A DNA stretch of 64,000 nt from Candidatus Dormiibacterota bacterium (GCA_963697085.1 CAVOMR010000003.1:62611-126610); one strand, 5' to 3'; positions 9,907 to 18,560 are shown, counted from the stretch's first letter. A program made the numbers and translations. The notes: a model not told the origin generated them from the sequence alone.

Positions 9907-10247
9907 CTCACCGGACCGCTCGGCGTCCAGTCGATCGCCCTCGGCCGGCGCGACCGCCGGCTGGGTGTACAGGTTCGGGACGTCCTCACACCACGGAGCT
10001 GCACCCTCGCCGGCGGTCCCGCTGTCGACGGCGCTCCGCGCTGCGCGCTGCGCCTTGAGGATCTCCACGAATGTCAGCCCTGCGTCGATCCTCACGTCAC
10101 TCAGCGCAGCTGACTGACCTGCAGGGGATATGGGAGCGTCTCGCATTCTGTGAGCCTCGCGAACGGGGACTGTGTATTTCCCAATTCTCAGGCGGGCACT
10201 GCGGGCAGACTAGAGCCGAAGGACCCGTAGCTCGCTTCCGTGAGACC

Positions 10248-10644
10248 TCAGTCTCTCGTCAGGGCGTCGACATTCCTTCCGGCTCGAATGGCCTGGAGGA
10301 GGTCGCGGATGTCACCGGATTTCGAGACGTATGCCGACACCCCGGCCACGGTCATTGCCCGGCGAATCAGAAGTCTTGTCGAATGCCGAGAAGGCCACGA
10401 GGCGCGCGCCGGGCGCCACGACCACCATCTCTCGTGCAGCGCGAAGGCCTCCACCATCAGGCATGTTGACGTCGAGGACAACGACATCCGGCAGGTATCG
10501 CTTCACGAGCGCGACGCCGTCATCGACGCAGGACGCCACACCCACCACCTCCATGTCCATCTGCCTGTCGATGATGGGTCCGAGAGCAGAGAGGACCTCA
10601 CCGCTGTCGTCGACGATTACCACGCGCAGCGGTGTGCCGTTCAT
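10248..10644 (-). pseudogene. stand-alone response-regulator receiver (REC) domain, interrupted by an apparent frameshift near 10368-10383
   Basis: Frame 1 gives MNGTPLRVVIVDDSG...VVVLDVNMPDGGG...ARLVAFSAFDK. The rest of the domain (LLIRRAMTVAGVSAYVSKSGDIRDLLQAIRAG) continues in another frame (track ORF 10248-10487). No HTH output domain follows. Confidence 0.7.
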
Positions 10645-10707
10645 CAACACCCACTCTGGACTTCGGCGCGGCGTTCTTTCGCCTCGCGCGATTCCGTCAC
10701 GAGACCG

Positions 10708-12534
10708 TCATGCCGCGGGCATCTCCGGGACGACTCCCGGCTTTTGCGGCAACCAGAGTTCGATCGTGGTTCCCTTCCCCTCGGCGCTCTCCACACGCAC
10801 CCATCCTCCCAGCGCCTCGGCACGCTCGTGCATCGAGCTGAGGCCGAGGTGCCCGTGTGGCGACCTCCCGTCACCGCGAGGCATGAATCCCGGTCCGTTG
10901 TCGCTGATGCGCGCGCCGAATCCGCGGGCAACATTCCCCTGCAGGAGCAGGGCGACGGTGGCTCCACGCGCATGCTTGTTCGCGTTGGTGAGGGCTTCAC
11001 GGACGATGCGATACAGGGTCGTGGCGACGATCGGCGATGGGTCGCCCGTCGACTCGTTTCGCAGCCTCACCGCAAGGCCGCCCTCCTCGTTGAACTCCGC
11101 GACCGACTGCTCGATCGCCGTCAGCAGACCGAGCTCCAGGATGTGGGGATGGAGGTCGGTCAGCATGCCGCGCATGCGCACGATCGCGCCCTCGATGGAC
11201 GTCTCGATGGCGGTCGCGGTCACATCGTCGGCGTCGCCGTCTCCATGCAGGAGGAACATCCGCATTTTCGCGGCGATCATCGACTGCAGCATGTCGTCGT
11301 GGATGACCCCGGCGATGCGCTGCCGTTCCTCTTCCTGAACCATCACCAGGCGCAGCAGAAGCCTGGTTCGCTCGTCGTTGGAGCGATGCAGATCCTCGAG
11401 ACTGTCGACAAGCGCTCCGGTGCGCTCACGAACCTGAATGTCGAGATCGTCATTCTTCCGCGCGACCTCTTCGTTCAGAGAGCGTGTCTCGCGAACAAAA
11501 AGGAACTGTCTCACCAGCACCACGCTGATCGTGAGGATGAGATCCCACTCCAGCACACGGCTGAGAGATCCGACGACAAACTCGGTCCCCACCGCGGCGA
11601 CGCCGGCAGCCGCAACCGTGCAGTACGGGAGCAACAGCGTCCACCGGGGCTGCCGCACGTCTCCCTCCTCGCGGTGCGCGGAGATTCCCAGTGTGCGCAC
11701 AGCGGCCAGTCCGATGAGCGCGTAGCCCATGGTCCACCCCAGGTCTGGGAAGTTCACCGACGTGTAGTTCTGCACCGTGGTGAGAAAGGCGAACGAGCTG
11801 TCGGCGAAGGCGTTGAGCATGACACCGCAGGCGAGCAGCATCAGAGGCAGGCGCTGACCAACTCGCAGACGCGACAGCGTGAGCACGACGATCGTGATCA
11901 TCGCGATATCGCTGATGGGGTAGGCAAGGCCGACGATCTGCGAGAACGCGTCGGTTGCCGACGCGGCATAGACGGGACCGAGCACGACGTCCCAGCTGAT
12001 GAAGAGCAGCGCGCCGGCGATGAGCAGCCCGTCGAGCACCGCGCGGACGCGAGCTCCAGGGGCGGTCGGAGCACCGGGAAGGCGCAGCAGCCCCAGGATC
12101 GCGAACGGGACGGAGAGCAGGTAACCGAGGTCGGGATATGACGGAAAGAGGTTGGCCGGGCTCAGCGAGAGGACGATCTCCTGATAGCTCCACGCCACCT
12201 GGCCAAGTCCCCAGAGGAGCGCACCGATGCCGATGAGGGCCCAGGCCTGCCGCGTGCGCCCGTGTCCCCGGACCGCGGTATACAGGCAGGCAGCCGCCGC
12301 CAGCAGCGCGGACAGCGTTTCGGAGAGGTCGTCGACGATGACGGTCTGTCGTTGCAGTGGCGCTGTGACGAGCACAACGAGATTGACCGTCCCCACAACG
12401 GCCACGATCGCGACGAGCAGGAGAAACGCGCGCCTTCCCATGGGTGACCCGAGTGTTCGGACCCCGGGCGTCGATCCGCATGGCGCGCGTGAGTCGTTGA
12501 GGTCACGATCGCGCACGACCGTGAGAGCAGCCAT
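10708..12534 (-). CDS. sensor histidine kinase, HisKA_3 (NarX/DesK-like) type, with ~10-TM N-terminal sensor domain
   Basis: H-box RQRIAGVIHDDMLQSM, N-box REALTNANKHA, G-box DNGPGF. The first ~310 residues are hydrophobic. Alternative start is ATG 12441 (MGRRAFLLL). Confidence 0.9.
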   Translation of the reverse strand: MAALTVVRDRDLNDSRAPCGSTPGVRTLGSPMGRRAFLLLVAIVAVVGTVNLVVLVTAPLQRQTVIVDDLSETLSALLAAAACLYTAVRGHGRTRQAWALIGIGALLWGLGQVAWSYQEIVLSLSPANLFPSYPDLGYLLSVPFAILGLLRLPGAPTAPGARVRAVLDGLLIAGALLFISWDVVLGPVYAASATDAFSQIVGLAYPISDIAMITIVVLTLSRLRVGQRLPLMLLACGVMLNAFADSSFAFLTTVQNYTSVNFPDLGWTMGYALIGLAAVRTLGISAHREEGDVRQPRWTLLLPYCTVAAAGVAAVGTEFVVGSLSRVLEWDLILTISVVLVRQFLFVRETRSLNEEVARKNDDLDIQVRERTGALVDSLEDLHRSNDERTRLLLRLVMVQEEERQRIAGVIHDDMLQSMIAAKMRMFLLHGDGDADDVTATAIETSIEGAIVRMRGMLTDLHPHILELGLLTAIEQSVAEFNEEGGLAVRLRNESTGDPSPIVATTLYRIVREALTNANKHARGATVALLLQGNVARGFGARISDNGPGFMPRGDGRSPHGHLGLSSMHERAEALGGWVRVESAEGKGTTIELWLPQKPGVVPEMPAA

Positions 12535-12549
12535 TGAACCGTTGCCGGT

Positions 12550-13317
12550 TCAGTCGGTGCGCGGCTCCCAGCGGAAGAAGCGGATCGCGAACAGGAGCCC
12601 GCCGACTGCCCAGGCAACCAGCACCAGGACATCCGTCCAGCTGAAGGCAGATCCGAGAAACCCGGATTGCATGCCGGAGAGGAAGTGGCTGATCGGAAAA
12701 ACTCTTCCCACCCATACCATCCACGCCGGGGCGTCGATGAGTGGGATGAAGACCCCCGAGAGGAAGAGCAGCGGAAGAATGACCGCGTTCACGATGGGGA
12801 GGGAGGCATCGGCATTCGGGATGACCGACGAGATGGCGAAGCCGAGCGCACAGAAAGCGGCGGCACCGACGGCGAGCATGATGAGCGTTCGCACCAGTGC
12901 GAGTCCGGTCGGAATCCCGGCGTTGTAGAAGATATGCCCGAAGGCCGCCGTGATGACGACGAGCAGCACCGACACGAGCACGGCGTGCAGTATCCGCGCA
13001 CCGAAGAACACCGCACTCGAGAGCGGCGTCCCGTTGATGCGCTTGAGCACGCCGGAGTCCCGCTGGAACGTGATCGCAACTGCGATGTTGTTGAAGCAGA
13101 CGGTGATCACGGCGAGCGCGGCCATGCACGGCACGTAGTACGTGGCCTCGTTCACCGTCTTCCCGTCGAACAGAACGTCCGAGTTTCGGAAGATCGAGGT
13201 GAAGATCACCAGGAACATGAGCGGATAGGCGACGGCGAAGAACGCCGCAGCCGGATTGCGCCAATAGGCCTTGTTGACATAGCGCAGCTGCGAAAGGGTC
13301 ATCGTCGCGGTGCTCAT
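12550..13317 (-). CDS. ABC-2 type transporter permease
   Basis: 255 aa, 6 TM, typical ABC-2 text (YWRNPAAAFFAVAYPLMFLVIF...). ATGA overlap with the upstream ATPase gene. Confidence 0.88.
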   Translation of the reverse strand: MSTATMTLSQLRYVNKAYWRNPAAAFFAVAYPLMFLVIFTSIFRNSDVLFDGKTVNEATYYVPCMAALAVITVCFNNIAVAITFQRDSGVLKRINGTPLSSAVFFGARILHAVLVSVLLVVITAAFGHIFYNAGIPTGLALVRTLIMLAVGAAAFCALGFAISSVIPNADASLPIVNAVILPLLFLSGVFIPLIDAPAWMVWVGRVFPISHFLSGMQSGFLGSAFSWTDVLVLVAWAVGGLLFAIRFFRWEPRTD

Positions 13318-14381
13318 CGTGCAGGTCCTTGCTGATTCCCATCCGGTCCCGGAGGACGGTCGGGGTTACCGGACGGCGCGCCGGTCAGCGAGAGGTACAC
13401 CTCTTCGAGCGACAGCCTCGTCACCTGCAGGCCCTCGAGGGCCATTCCATGGTCGATGGCCCAGCCGGTGAGCTGGTGCAATGCCTGCACGACATCCCGC
13501 GGCTGTATCACGATGTAGCCGTCCGGCCCGGCGGGCGCATGCAGACCGTCTGGCGGCGTCGCGCCCGTCGGCGAACGATATCGAATCCGCGCATTCGCCA
13601 CGTCACGACCGCCGATGGACGCGGGCGGCCCCTCGGCGACGATCCGGCCATCAACCACAACCGCGACCCGATCGGCAAGGAACTGTGCCTCGTCCATGTA
13701 GTGGGTTGTGAGCACAACGGTCATCCCGAGCGTTGCCAGGCTCCTGATGACCTCCCACGCCTCGTGACGCGCGGAGGGATCGAACCCCGTGGTCGGCTCG
13801 TCGAGGAACAGGAGCTCCGGATTCGCGACCAGCGCAATCGCGACATCGAGGCGCCGCTGCTGGCCGCCGGAAAGCCTGGAGACTCGTGTCGTGCTCTTCT
13901 CTTCGAGACCGACCAGGTGGATCACCTCATCAACCGGCCTCGGATGCGCGTAGAACGTGGCATACATCGCGATCGTCTCGCGTACCGTGAGATACCGATC
14001 CATCCCGGTGGATTGCAGGACAATCCCGATGCGGCTCTTGAGCTTCGCCCTTTCGTGGCCGGGATCCACTCCGAGGACGCTGACCTCGCCGTCATCGCGG
14101 GTCCGGTATCCCTCGAGAATCTCAACCGTCGTTGTTTTTCCCGCTCCATTCGGGCCGAGTAGCGCGAACACCTCGCCGCGGCGGATGGCGAGGTCGATTC
14201 CTCGGACCGCCTGCGTGCCGTTGTACGACTTCACCAGACCGCGGACCTCAACAGCGAGCTCGTGCGCGGGGCCACTCCGCGGCAGCGGCTGTGCGGGGAC
14301 CGCATTCCCGACATCGCCCCCGGCGACATCCAGCCCGCCGTCTCCGGTTCGATCTCCGAGGATCAACGAACCGGTTTCCAT
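13314..14381 (-). CDS. ABC transporter ATP-binding protein (DrrA-like)
   Basis: Walker A LLGPNGAGKTTT, signature LSGGQQRRLDVAIAL, Walker B LLFLDEPTTGFD. Confidence 0.92.
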   Translation of the reverse strand: METGSLILGDRTGDGGLDVAGGDVGNAVPAQPLPRSGPAHELAVEVRGLVKSYNGTQAVRGIDLAIRRGEVFALLGPNGAGKTTTVEILEGYRTRDDGEVSVLGVDPGHERAKLKSRIGIVLQSTGMDRYLTVRETIAMYATFYAHPRPVDEVIHLVGLEEKSTTRVSRLSGGQQRRLDVAIALVANPELLFLDEPTTGFDPSARHEAWEVIRSLATLGMTVVLTTHYMDEAQFLADRVAVVVDGRIVAEGPPASIGGRDVANARIRYRSPTGATPPDGLHAPAGPDGYIVIQPRDVVQALHQLTGWAIDHGMALEGLQVTRLSLEEVYLSLTGAPSGNPDRPPGPDGNQQGPAR

Positions 14382-14528
14382 TGGCCCATCCTAGCCCCGC
14401 CGGAGAAGTTCACCGATTTACCTGCCGCAGCACTGGTCTGACTGCACCGCGGCTGTGCCACCCGTGCGCCGGACTCGCACACCATCCTGGGGGCTAAACT
14501 CGGTGACCCCCTTCACTCGAGGTGTCAG

Positions 14529-14957
14529 ATGTTCAAGGTAGTGGTGGTCGCCACCGACGGATCAGGTCCCGGAGACCTCGCAATCGCGTTCGCGAAAGAT
14601 CTTGCGATCGACCAGAAAGCGCGGCTCATCGTCGTCTTTGTCGATGAGCTGGTGCCGGGTCACGGTGGAGCTCAGCACGTCCAGGCGCTCGAGCCTGAGA
14701 CCAAGGCGAGGATCCGCGATCAGGTAGCCGCGCTGAACGCTGATGGCGTGGAAGCAGATTTTGAAGTCCATCAGGTGACGGTCAGCGGACCCGCGCATGC
14801 GATCGCCGACGCCGCCGCAGCAGCACAGGCGGACCTCATTATTCTCGGCAGTGTCGGAAGCGGACCGCTCAAGGGACTTCTGTTGGGGAGTGTCGCGCAC
14901 CGCCTCCTCCAGATCGCGCCGTGCCCGGTCCTGGTCGTCCCTGCTCACAAAGGCTGA
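14529..14957 (+). CDS. universal stress protein
   Basis: 142 aa. MFKVVVVATDGSG... and GSVGSGPLKGLLLGSVAHRLLQIAPCPVLVV. Confidence 0.92.
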   Translation: MFKVVVVATDGSGPGDLAIAFAKDLAIDQKARLIVVFVDELVPGHGGAQHVQALEPETKARIRDQVAALNADGVEADFEVHQVTVSGPAHAIADAAAAAQADLIILGSVGSGPLKGLLLGSVAHRLLQIAPCPVLVVPAHKG

Positions 14958-14998
14958 ACCGATCCCTTTCCGCCCCCTCGCCGAGTTCGGTGAGGTGG

Positions 14999-15610
14999 TC
15001 AGCTCTCAGACGGCGACGTGACCGGGCGATGTCGCAGGTGAGTCCACACGCCGGCGGCAACACTGATCAGGATCACAAGCGCGATGCCGGCCGCGACGCC
15101 TTCCCATGGCTCGCGGAAGACCGCACGACCGGCGAGCCCCGTCGCGGCGTACATCGCGGCCCACAGAGTCGCTGCTCCGATGTCGGCCACGACGTATCGA
15201 TGCCACGGGTATCCGCCGAGCGCCGCCGCAATGAGGACCGGTGTCTGTCCCCCCGGGACCAGTCGTGACAGCAGCAACGTGCGCAGCTCGTGTCGCTGTA
15301 CCCGGTGCTCAACTCGCTCGATTGCCTCTTCCTGACGGGGCTTGCGCAGCCACCTCGTGAGCGGGCCCGACCCGTGAGCGACGCGGCGACTTTCGAGACG
15401 CAGCACGCCATAGATGGCCAGATCGCCGACATACGCACCCGCCGCCCCGAGGGCGATGACCGCAAGGACGAGGAGCGGGGTGTCCTTCCCGGCGAGCGCG
15501 GCAGCGGCACTCACCGCGGCACCGGTCGGCACGACCGGTACGACACCTCCGGCGGCGACCACCACGAACAGACCGATCAGATACCCGAAGCCGAGCCCGG
15601 CCGCGCTCAC
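14999..15610 (-). CDS. DedA/VTT (SNARE-associated) family membrane protein
   Basis: 203 aa polytopic protein with a VTT-like core (...LLLSRLVPGGQTPVLIAAALGGYPWHRYVVADIGAATLWA). The GTG start overlaps the TGA of the MBL gene (GTGA). Confidence 0.8.
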   Translation of the reverse strand: MSAAGLGFGYLIGLFVVVAAGGVVPVVPTGAAVSAAAALAGKDTPLLVLAVIALGAAGAYVGDLAIYGVLRLESRRVAHGSGPLTRWLRKPRQEEAIERVEHRVQRHELRTLLLSRLVPGGQTPVLIAAALGGYPWHRYVVADIGAATLWAAMYAATGLAGRAVFREPWEGVAAGIALVILISVAAGVWTHLRHRPVTSPSES

Positions 15611-16413
15611 GAACGAGACCTTCTCATCGTCACCGTCTCACCGTGGCCGATCACGTGCGCCGACGCGCCAGGGCAGCTCCTGGCCAGCTCGGCCGCGAAC
15701 CTGGTACCCGGATCGGTGAATCTGCGCCTGAAGCTTGCCGGGTGGACATGCCGGAGGCCCCAGGGCCAGAGTGTTCCGTAGTGAACGGGCACGGCGTCGC
15801 GGGCACCGACCCGGCGCACCGCCTCGGCGGCTTGCTCCGGATCAAGGTGCGATCCGCCGAGCGTCGGACCCCACCCGCTGACTGGAACAACGGCCACGTC
15901 GACGGGAGCGAAGTCCGCCATGCCGGCGAAGAGGCCCGTGTCCCCTGCGAACCACACTCGTGTCGGACCTCCGGCTGCGCCGTCCTCGATGATGAACCCG
16001 AGGGCGGGTGCGCTGTATCGCGAGATCGGTGAACGCCGCCCATCGTGTGCGGCCGGCACCGCGCGCACGTGCAGTCCCGCGACCGAGACGACGTCGCCGT
16101 CACGGACCTCCTCCACGCGGCCGGCCAGGTCCGCCGCCGAGCGCCTCAACGCACGAGCCGTGCCTTTCGGCGCGACGATCCGTGTGCCGGGACCCAACGC
16201 CCGGAGCGATCGAATGTCCAGATGGTCGAAGTGCAGGTGCGATATCACCACCACGTCGGCTCGCAATGCATCCACGCCTGGAACCGGTCCGCCGATGCGG
16301 GTCAGGTGAGCGAGCCGCCGGGTCAGCACCGGGTCGGTGAGAACGCGTCGCCCGGCCAGCGCGATTGTCGTAGTCGCGTGTCCCCACCAGGTGATCGACG
16401 TGTCGGCGCTCAC
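15607..16413 (-). CDS. MBL-fold metallo-hydrolase (NAPE-PLD-like subgroup by eye)
   Basis: SITWWGHATTTIALAGRRVLTDPV... and the metal motif VVISHLHFDHLD. GTG 16413 follows GGGGAAAG and overlaps the TGA of the upstream gene. The track ORF extension to 16749 lies inside that upstream gene. Confidence 0.85.
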   Translation of the reverse strand: MSADTSITWWGHATTTIALAGRRVLTDPVLTRRLAHLTRIGGPVPGVDALRADVVVISHLHFDHLDIRSLRALGPGTRIVAPKGTARALRRSAADLAGRVEEVRDGDVVSVAGLHVRAVPAAHDGRRSPISRYSAPALGFIIEDGAAGGPTRVWFAGDTGLFAGMADFAPVDVAVVPVSGWGPTLGGSHLDPEQAAEAVRRVGARDAVPVHYGTLWPWGLRHVHPASFRRRFTDPGTRFAAELARSCPGASAHVIGHGETVTMRRSRS

Positions 16414-18560
16414 CTGCTTTCCCCGCGAGACCGAGCAGAAGCTCGACGGCGCAACAGTTCGTACACGTCGGCGCCTCGCAACTCCGCTTCGCCTGGCACC
16501 GGCCACGACGACGGGTGCACGATCACGGCTCCGGTCTGACCGCCGCCGAGCCCTCCGTGAGAGCCGACCAGTTCCTCGAACGCGGCAACTTCCTCGGTCG
16601 CGGGATCGAACTGACCCAGCAGCACAAGATCGCCCACGTGATGGCGCTGATCGAGCGCACAGAGATCGGCGGCGGCGCCGGCCCCGAAAACTGCCATCGG
16701 ATCTCCGCCCTCCCCGCCGACCGCACCGTCCGGCGTGAGCATCCGCCACCCGGTGGCGCCAAGGACCACGGGGGTCTCCCCGATCGAGGTCGAGCGAACC
16801 ATCACCGCACCGACATGCGGGTGGCGCGCCAACCCTTCGATCAGGCGTGGATAGAGCGCGTCGATCGCCTCGCGACTTGCCCGGCCCGGGACGTCGCGAA
16901 GATACACATGAGCCAGGCTTCCCGCTGCTGTGATCACAAGGGACGCCTCGTGAGCCGGCGTTGCCGGAATGCTCGTCCGGGGTGGACCGACGGTGATCTC
17001 CGGGTCAGGACCCTCCCCCGCGCGTGACCGCGTCACCGCGCGAGCAGCAGCGCCCTCGGATCGTGCGACTCCGGTGAGAAGGAGGTTTGCCGGTCCCCAG
17101 CGTTCGGCGGGCGCCAGTTCGGCGCTGATCCTGATCGGCTGCCTCGCGTGGGGCCGCATGGCGGGCTCCGCAGTCAAGCCTGCGACCACCTTCTCGAGGG
17201 TCTGACCGCAGCGCTGCGCAAAGGTGGCGCCCTGCGATTGACCGTGGTCCGACACGATCGCAATCTCATAGGCCCGTCCCGTCTCCCAGACCACGTCGGT
17301 GAAGAACTGAACCAGGCGGTCGAAGCCCTCCAAAGCCTGCATCGACTCGGGCCGGCTCGGCCCGGCATGATGTGCCACCTCGTCGTAATTCACAAAGTCG
17401 GCGTAGATGATGTGAGCACCGCGCGCGATCTGCTCGGTGACGATCGCCACGGTCGGGTCCCGGAGCAATGCGGTTGTCACCGCCCGCTGCAGCGCGAACA
17501 CGGCTCCGCGACGGACGCGAGGTCGCACGTGGCGCTGACGTTGCCGCTGCCCCTGATAGAGCTCCACGACCATCTGCTTTGTGGTCACCACCAACGACCG
17601 AACGAGCCCGCTGGGAGTGGTGGCGAACAGTGCAAAGCGCTGCGTCCGTCGCGGAGGGATGCGGGCGTCGCTCATGGTCAGGAACCGGGTCCCCGCATCA
17701 CCGGAGAAGAGATTCGACACGCTAACGCCTCCGGTGGCAAGCAGGCCGTGACCGTTCGTGATCCGTCGCTCAATCTCGGCGGCGTCGTGTGGATGGTTCG
17801 CAACCATGACTCGCCCGCGCTCCTTCTCAAACCAGCGGAACGAGGGGACCTCTGTGACATCACCGTGCAACAGGACCGCCTGACCCGCCGGCGTCGTCGC
17901 CGGCAACCCCGTGTGCCACCCTCGCAGCGTGTGGCTCCGTGATTGCAACCAGCCGGAGATCGTTGGCATCGACCCAGCCGTTATCGCTTGACGCAGCACA
18001 TCCTCCCCGACGCCATCGAATTGGATGACGATCAGTCCGTCCTCGCCGGCACTCATGGCCAGGTCCGTCGGGACGCGCCTGGAGTGCGCCACCCGGATCG
18101 CCCGACCGAGCATTTGATCCAGGAATGTCTCGTTGACACCGATGTCGAGCACCCAGGTGACCAGGCCGGCGGCGGCTGCGGCCAGCCCTGACACGAACAG
18201 GACCCCCGGATGGCTGCCGATGTCGAGGTTGTCATCGATCGCGACTGCAACCGCGAGGATGATCGCCTGCGCCAGGACTTCGGCGAGCAGCAGACCAATC
18301 GAGTCGACAAGGACCGCAACGCCGGCCAGCGCCACTCGCAGCGCTGTGGCGACCACGGTTGTCTCGATCGCGAGGATGAGCAAGGTCAACGGAACCAGCG
18401 TGTGCCGCCCGGGCTGAACGCTGAGCGTGATCGCCACAGTGATGTCCGACGTGAGCAGGAAGCGGATCAACCCCCAGCGCCGTGGCCCGGTGGGTCGCCA
18501 GGCTCGAATGCGCCGGCCGCCGAGCTTCACGCGGCGCGACATCGAGCCTTTCGAGATCAT
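16410..18560 (-). CDS. membrane-anchored alkaline-phosphatase-superfamily protein (type I phosphodiesterase/nucleotide pyrophosphatase-like)
   Basis: 716 aa. About 170 N-terminal hydrophobic residues, then AlkP-family text (VIQFDGVGEDVLRQAITAGSMPTISGW...GLPATTPAGQ...YADFVNYDEVAHHAGP...IVSDHGQSQG). Confidence 0.8.
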   Translation of the reverse strand: MISKGSMSRRVKLGGRRIRAWRPTGPRRWGLIRFLLTSDITVAITLSVQPGRHTLVPLTLLILAIETTVVATALRVALAGVAVLVDSIGLLLAEVLAQAIILAVAVAIDDNLDIGSHPGVLFVSGLAAAAAGLVTWVLDIGVNETFLDQMLGRAIRVAHSRRVPTDLAMSAGEDGLIVIQFDGVGEDVLRQAITAGSMPTISGWLQSRSHTLRGWHTGLPATTPAGQAVLLHGDVTEVPSFRWFEKERGRVMVANHPHDAAEIERRITNGHGLLATGGVSVSNLFSGDAGTRFLTMSDARIPPRRTQRFALFATTPSGLVRSLVVTTKQMVVELYQGQRQRQRHVRPRVRRGAVFALQRAVTTALLRDPTVAIVTEQIARGAHIIYADFVNYDEVAHHAGPSRPESMQALEGFDRLVQFFTDVVWETGRAYEIAIVSDHGQSQGATFAQRCGQTLEKVVAGLTAEPAMRPHARQPIRISAELAPAERWGPANLLLTGVARSEGAAARAVTRSRAGEGPDPEITVGPPRTSIPATPAHEASLVITAAGSLAHVYLRDVPGRASREAIDALYPRLIEGLARHPHVGAVMVRSTSIGETPVVLGATGWRMLTPDGAVGGEGGDPMAVFGAGAAADLCALDQRHHVGDLVLLGQFDPATEEVAAFEELVGSHGGLGGGQTGAVIVHPSSWPVPGEAELRGADVYELLRRRASARSRGESR

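Noticed and set aside
10240-12141. 633-aa plus-strand ORF
   Set aside because: It is antisense to the histidine kinase gene. It is Arg/His/Asp/Glu-rich low-complexity text with no motifs, the typical shadow ORF of high-GC DNA. The kinase frame has clear H, N and G boxes.
9154-14528. Shared GTGACC hexamer upstream of two USP genes (also present upstream of the gene at 36961) as a common operator
   Set aside because: Three occurrences of a GC-rich hexamer at variable distances from the start codons are compatible with chance in this base composition. I could not derive a consistent longer motif by eye.
16414-16749. Upstream extension of the MBL hydrolase ORF
   Set aside because: It overlaps the 3' end of the AlkP-family gene and is Arg-rich. 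GTG 16413, with an upstream purine-rich RBS and a GTGA overlap, is the sensible start.
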